NCBI GenBank assembly: GCA_029775855.1
Contig: JARVJZ010000002.1
Location: 32,001-96,000, forward strand
Origin: Nitrososphaeria archaeon
GTDB lineage: Archaea > Thermoproteota > Nitrososphaeria > Nitrososphaerales > JAAOZN01
DNA: 64,000 nucleotides
Direction of reading: 5' to 3'
Shown here: positions 59,723-64,000 of the stretch, piece after piece
How positions within the stretch are numbered: position 1 is the first letter of the stretch
Layout: each line of letters opens with the position of its first letter
Notes under the pieces: generated by a model
What the model saw: the letters and a program-made list of their open reading frames with translations, nothing else
What the model was told of the DNA's origin: nothing
Databases searched by the model: none
Translations under genes and position numbers: made by a program

Positions 59723-60709
59723 ATGAGTATAGAAGAACTTAGCCTTGACACATTAGATGGTATAGGGCCTGTGACTAAGCAGAAGCTAGAGAACGCTGGC
59801 ATATATACCGTGCTCGATCTTGCTATCCGCGGACCGAGTGAGATAGCCGAAGCTATAGGTGTAGACCTTAAGAAGGCTATTGAGTTCAACAGTAGCGCTA
59901 GGCTGAGGCTTATGGAGCTGGGGCTGCTTGAGAAAGAGTTTATCCCAGCTAGTGAAATCTATAAAAAGAGGCAGAACATCGAGAGAATAACCACTGGCTC
60001 CAAGAATTTAGACGAGCTTCTTGATGGAGGTATAGAAACACAAGCAGTAACAGAATTCTATGGTGAATTTGGTAGCGGCAAAACTCAGCTCTGCCACACA
60101 CTATGCGTAACCGTTCAGTTGAGCAGAGATAAAGGAGGGCTCGAGGCTGGCGCTATATATATTGACACCGAAAACACATTTAGGCCTGAGAGAGTATTTC
60201 AGATCGCAGAAGCGCGTGGGTTAGAGCCCTTAAAGACGCTTGATAACATCATAGTTGCAAAGGCATACAACAGCTCACATCAAGAACTTATAGTCTCTGA
60301 GATAGGCTCTGTGGTTGATAAGATGCCCATAAAGCTAGTTGTTGTAGATTCAGCGGTCGCACATTATAGAGCTGAGTTTCTCGGCAGAGGAACTTTAGCT
60401 GAGAGGCAACAGAGGTTAAACAGATTCATGCATCTACTTCTAAGGACAGCTGAAGCAAGAAACCTAGCGGTTGTAGTTACGAATCAAGTCCAAGCTGCGC
60501 CGGATGTTTTTTTCGGTGACCCAAGTAAGCCTACAGGGGGGCATGTGGTAGCTCATACCAGCACCTATAGGATTTACCTTAAGAAGGCGGGTAAGAATCG
60601 AATCGCTAGGATTATAGACAGCCCCTATCATCCTGAGCGTGAAACCGTCTTCGTGTTAAATGAGAAGGGTGTAGACGATCCAGAGGAGACAACTTCGAAA
60701 AAGCGGTAG
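59723..60709 (+). CDS. radA: DNA repair and recombination protein RadA
   Basis: N-terminal HhH, GEFGSGKTQ, YIDTENTFRPER, GRGTLAERQQ and GGHVVAH motifs. Confidence 0.97.
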   Translation: MSIEELSLDTLDGIGPVTKQKLENAGIYTVLDLAIRGPSEIAEAIGVDLKKAIEFNSSARLRLMELGLLEKEFIPASEIYKKRQNIERITTGSKNLDELLDGGIETQAVTEFYGEFGSGKTQLCHTLCVTVQLSRDKGGLEAGAIYIDTENTFRPERVFQIAEARGLEPLKTLDNIIVAKAYNSSHQELIVSEIGSVVDKMPIKLVVVDSAVAHYRAEFLGRGTLAERQQRLNRFMHLLLRTAEARNLAVVVTNQVQAAPDVFFGDPSKPTGGHVVAHTSTYRIYLKKAGKNRIARIIDSPYHPERETVFVLNEKGVDDPEETTSKKR

Positions 60710-60754
60710 GACAACTTTATAACACCACGGCTGACCACGGTATGTAGAAGACCT

Positions 60755-63409
60755 TTGAAGAAGACCCTACTACTCATAATAATATTAGCTTCATCTATTC
60801 TTGCTCAATATGACTTAGCTTCAGCTTCAACTGCGCCTCTTAAGGAAGACCTGAAGATCTTTGTGACTAAGGATTCGGTGGTAGTAAGTGCAGCGTTGAG
60901 CGGAGAAGACTTAAGCCTAAGAGAATTAGATAACCTACCTCTAGAAGGCGTTAACAGCTATAGGTTAATAGCGTCGCATGTAGCGGAGTGGCTTCCAGAA
61001 TTCTATATACTTGGCGACGAAGGATACAAAGCGCTGCCTATAAACCCAGTTCCAAAAGAAGGGTTGAACCTCGTAGTCGAGGCTGAAGGCAAAAGGCAAG
61101 CTGACTCAGCAGCCCAAGCCCTAGGGAAGACTTTGAAGGCAGCTTTTATACCGATAGGCGCAGAAGGCTCCAAATACACATACTATTCACACATTGACTT
61201 CAAATTTACTAGTAAAATGCTCTTAGATGCTCTACCAGAGTTAAAAGACGGCTTTACCAACCTTCTAAAGTCGATCTTTGATAAGAAGAACCTACAGATT
61301 ATAGTGTTAGATGTTCAGAGGTCTCAGACAAGCTTCTCTAAGCATCTAACGCTCCTTTACGCTGAATCTAAAGGGTTAACGCCTACTTTCGACTTTGACT
61401 CTGTTTTACCCCTCTTCTCTAATACCACAGCTTCTAAAGATGTTGCTGAGACTGTAGTTGAAGTTGTGTTTGCTGATGCACTTATATCTAAGGACAACTC
61501 TTTAAGGTCTGCTACTGTGGTGAACTTCCCAGAAAACATTTCTTCGAAGGTTTCGTTTAAGTTGGCTGGTGGTGAGAAACCTCTTTTATCTAAGATTGAT
61601 CTAATATACTGCCCTCCTTTACTCAAGGTTGAAAGGCTAGTAGATAGTGGGGTAGTGGAGGCTGTTGAGGGCAAGGATACGGTCGAAGTTACCATTAAAA
61701 TTCAGAATGTTGCCCCAGTAGGGAGCGGGGCTGCGGAAGGCTTAAGTTTAAATGAAAGATGGTGGGTGGAGAAGTTCGATTTAGTCAGCGGCAAGACAAC
61801 TCTAACCAACCTTACACTCAAAGCCGGTGAAAAAGAAGAGCTGCGCTATGTCATAAAAGTAAAGGAAAAAACACCCTCAGAGTTCCTAGTAGAGGGGAAA
61901 GAAACACCAATAACCTACACTTACAGACTCGGCAGCGAAGTCTTCAACGGTAGAGCATACCCCAACGACATAAGGCTAATCTTAAACAAGCCACGCCCCA
62001 CACTTATTGCAACCTTAGAGGCACAAGAACCTACACCTCTTAAACCATCAAACACTTTGATTCTGAAGGTCGGCAACTTAGGTGCTAGAAGCGCTGAAAA
62101 CATATCTGTTAGAGTAGAGAATATTAGCGTTGCACATAACCCTATTCTTAAGCCGCTTGAAAACTGGAAGGTCGAAGTCCTTGTTGAACCACAGCATCTA
62201 ACGCAGCCTCTCCGTGAAGTTAAAGTCTTGGTGCAATGGGTTGATGAGGAGGGTGAAAAACAAACCTACACGAATACTGTTTCTGTTTTGTTCAGCCGCT
62301 CTACAATTGGAGCGCCAAAACTGAATCTAATGCAGTCAGCAAGCATCTCTCCAGACAAATCTGGCTTCACTTTAAAAAGTGTTGTAGCCGTAAAAGTCAC
62401 TTCAGTTAATGGAACCACACTTAGACTCACAACAAATCTACCAGAAGGCTTCGAACTCACAGGAGGAGACTTTACCCAAAAAGCTGGAAGTATTGAGGTT
62501 GTGTCTTTAGTCAGTAAAGGCGAGATTCAGCAAAACTTCAGCTACACTTTAAGAGCGAGCGAATACATCAACTTTGTTCAACCACCCATACTAGGTGAGG
62601 TAGATTGGGGCGGTTTTAAACTCAAATCCGCCTCAAACTCTTACACCTACGCTGAAGGGGTTAGAGTTTCTTTTAACATCTCTAAGACTGTAGGGTTCAG
62701 AGGGTCAACATCTAACATAAAGGCTTCAATAGTAAACCTAGGACCCTTTCCGGTTTACAACATTAAGATTAGATCCTTAAACTATTCTTATGCTGAATCT
62801 TCTTTCATAGAGAAGGCTGATGAAGTGTTGGATGTAGGGCAGACGCTTGAACTTGAATTTAACATACGCTATGCTGCCGAGGGAGCATATGACTATCTAC
62901 CGATTGGAGGTAGTTTCATCTTCTCAACACAAAACCATTCGTTAAAGGTAGCGCCAATAAAGATATCGGTAGAGAAGCCTATAAGTTTGAGTCTGCAAGC
63001 CCCAAGAAGCCTTGTCGAAAAGCAAGAAAACGCTCTTACCTTAGTAGTTTCTAACCCCTCTTCATTAACGGTCAGCGATATCCATATCAGTTTAGCGTTT
63101 TCGGGTGTTGAGACACCACAAACACCTATTGAGTTAAAGATCTCTGAGCTTAAAGCTGGCGAGATAGTAAATAGAGAGGTTCGATTCACGCCTTCATCTG
63201 TCTTCTCCTTAAAGATCTTACCGACACTAAAATTCAGCTTTGATGGTGAAACACTTTTAGGAGAATCTTATGAGACCAAATTATCTGTTAATGAAAATAT
63301 GGAGATTAGATACGCTCTACCCATTGCTTTAAGTGTAGCGCTAGTCATCGCCACAGCATACATTTCACGCAGAGTTTCAAGAGAAAAACCACTAGATAAG
63401 GGTGAATAG
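60755..63409 (+). CDS. Large cell-surface protein with Ig/CARDB-like repeats (S-layer-associated candidate)
   Basis: Signal peptide, repeated V.N.G...A.NI beta-sandwich units, several N-x-S/T sequons, and a C-terminal TM helix with a basic tail. Confidence 0.75.
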   Translation: MKKTLLLIIILASSILAQYDLASASTAPLKEDLKIFVTKDSVVVSAALSGEDLSLRELDNLPLEGVNSYRLIASHVAEWLPEFYILGDEGYKALPINPVPKEGLNLVVEAEGKRQADSAAQALGKTLKAAFIPIGAEGSKYTYYSHIDFKFTSKMLLDALPELKDGFTNLLKSIFDKKNLQIIVLDVQRSQTSFSKHLTLLYAESKGLTPTFDFDSVLPLFSNTTASKDVAETVVEVVFADALISKDNSLRSATVVNFPENISSKVSFKLAGGEKPLLSKIDLIYCPPLLKVERLVDSGVVEAVEGKDTVEVTIKIQNVAPVGSGAAEGLSLNERWWVEKFDLVSGKTTLTNLTLKAGEKEELRYVIKVKEKTPSEFLVEGKETPITYTYRLGSEVFNGRAYPNDIRLILNKPRPTLIATLEAQEPTPLKPSNTLILKVGNLGARSAENISVRVENISVAHNPILKPLENWKVEVLVEPQHLTQPLREVKVLVQWVDEEGEKQTYTNTVSVLFSRSTIGAPKLNLMQSASISPDKSGFTLKSVVAVKVTSVNGTTLRLTTNLPEGFELTGGDFTQKAGSIEVVSLVSKGEIQQNFSYTLRASEYINFVQPPILGEVDWGGFKLKSASNSYTYAEGVRVSFNISKTVGFRGSTSNIKASIVNLGPFPVYNIKIRSLNYSYAESSFIEKADEVLDVGQTLELEFNIRYAAEGAYDYLPIGGSFIFSTQNHSLKVAPIKISVEKPISLSLQAPRSLVEKQENALTLVVSNPSSLTVSDIHISLAFSGVETPQTPIELKISELKAGEIVNREVRFTPSSVFSLKILPTLKFSFDGETLLGESYETKLSVNENMEIRYALPIALSVALVIATAYISRRVSREKPLDKGE

Positions 63410-63410
63410 A

Positions 63411-64000
63411 ATGATATATGAAGATGTGATAGTAGACGCCCTTGAACACGCTAAAATAAAGTTCAAAGAGAGCAAACCTATGGAAAACATATCAAGAATC
63501 GTTGGTGAAGGTGCTTCTGGAGACAGCACGCTATTGCTTGATAAGATTGTTGAAGAAGAAATACTTACATTTTTAAATGAAAAAATTGGAAGATGCCTTA
63601 TAGTCTCAGAGGAAGCTGGTGTAGTAGGAGAGCAGTCCTCAGAGTTAACGGTGCTGGTAGACCCTGTTGACGGAAGCACAAATGCTAGCCGCGGAATACC
63701 TCTCTTCTCATCAAGCATAGCAATAGCAAAAGGTAGAAGGTTCTCTGACATAGAAGCAGCTGGAACCATAGACCTCGTCAGCGGAGAACTGATAACAGCG
63801 ACGAGAGGTAGAGGGTGTAGAGTAGATGGAAGAGAAGCACACCCCTCAAGGACAGATGATTTAAGAAGCGCAGTAGTTTCACTAAGCCTAAGAGTCAAAG
63901 GAGAATACCGGAACGACCCAAATATTTTGGTCAACCTAATCAATAACATAAGACACCCAAGAATACTCGGCACAGCAGCCTTAGAGACGGCTTACGTCGC
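63411..64000 (+). CDS. Inositol monophosphatase/FBPase family, 5' part (runs off window)
   Basis: MIYEDV...GASGD...DKIVEE...SEEAG...VDPVDGSTNASRGIP...RILGTAALE. Confidence 0.9.
   Translation, partial: MIYEDVIVDALEHAKIKFKESKPMENISRIVGEGASGDSTLLLDKIVEEEILTFLNEKIGRCLIVSEEAGVVGEQSSELTVLVDPVDGSTNASRGIPLFSSSIAIAKGRRFSDIEAAGTIDLVSGELITATRGRGCRVDGREAHPSRTDDLRSAVVSLSLRVKGEYRNDPNILVNLINNIRHPRILGTAALETAYV

Noticed and set aside
63392-63973. 193-aa minus-strand ORF
   Set aside because: Antisense shadow of the plus-strand IMPase/FBPase gene (DPVDGSTN).
1-64000. CRISPR arrays, rRNA genes, intact IS elements and the many short antisense ORFs
   Set aside because: I saw no regularly spaced repeats, rRNA-like tracts or transposase motifs. 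The short ORFs lie opposite well-supported genes and lack motifs.

Overview
Archaeal chromosome segment, most consistent with a thermophilic TACK lineage (Nitrososphaeria/Aigarchaeota-like). The assignment is inferred from PolB1, the exosome superoperon, BpsA and a BHB-intron tRNA. It is mostly housekeeping: the proteasome/exosome cluster, Moco, Thr/Phe/branched-chain amino acid, pyrimidine, polyamine and biotin genes, AOR, radA and pyrG. The main discovery is a 21-nt bulge-helix-bulge (BHB) type intron inside the protein-coding gene carB (41286-41306, minus strand). It carries two in-frame stops, and cutting it at the standard splicing-endonuclease positions exactly restores the conserved GEAGE-FDYSG motif. 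That carB also appears to start at ATA. Other elements missing from the ORF track: a tRNA-Tyr(GTA) with two introns, a decayed element integrated at that tRNA that retains an MNT-HEPN toxin-antitoxin pair, a C/D box sRNA whose D' guide fits the 23S P-loop Gm2251 site, and rpl37e. An AT-rich radical SAM islet splits the threonine cluster. All calls come from reading the sequence by eye; no searches were run.
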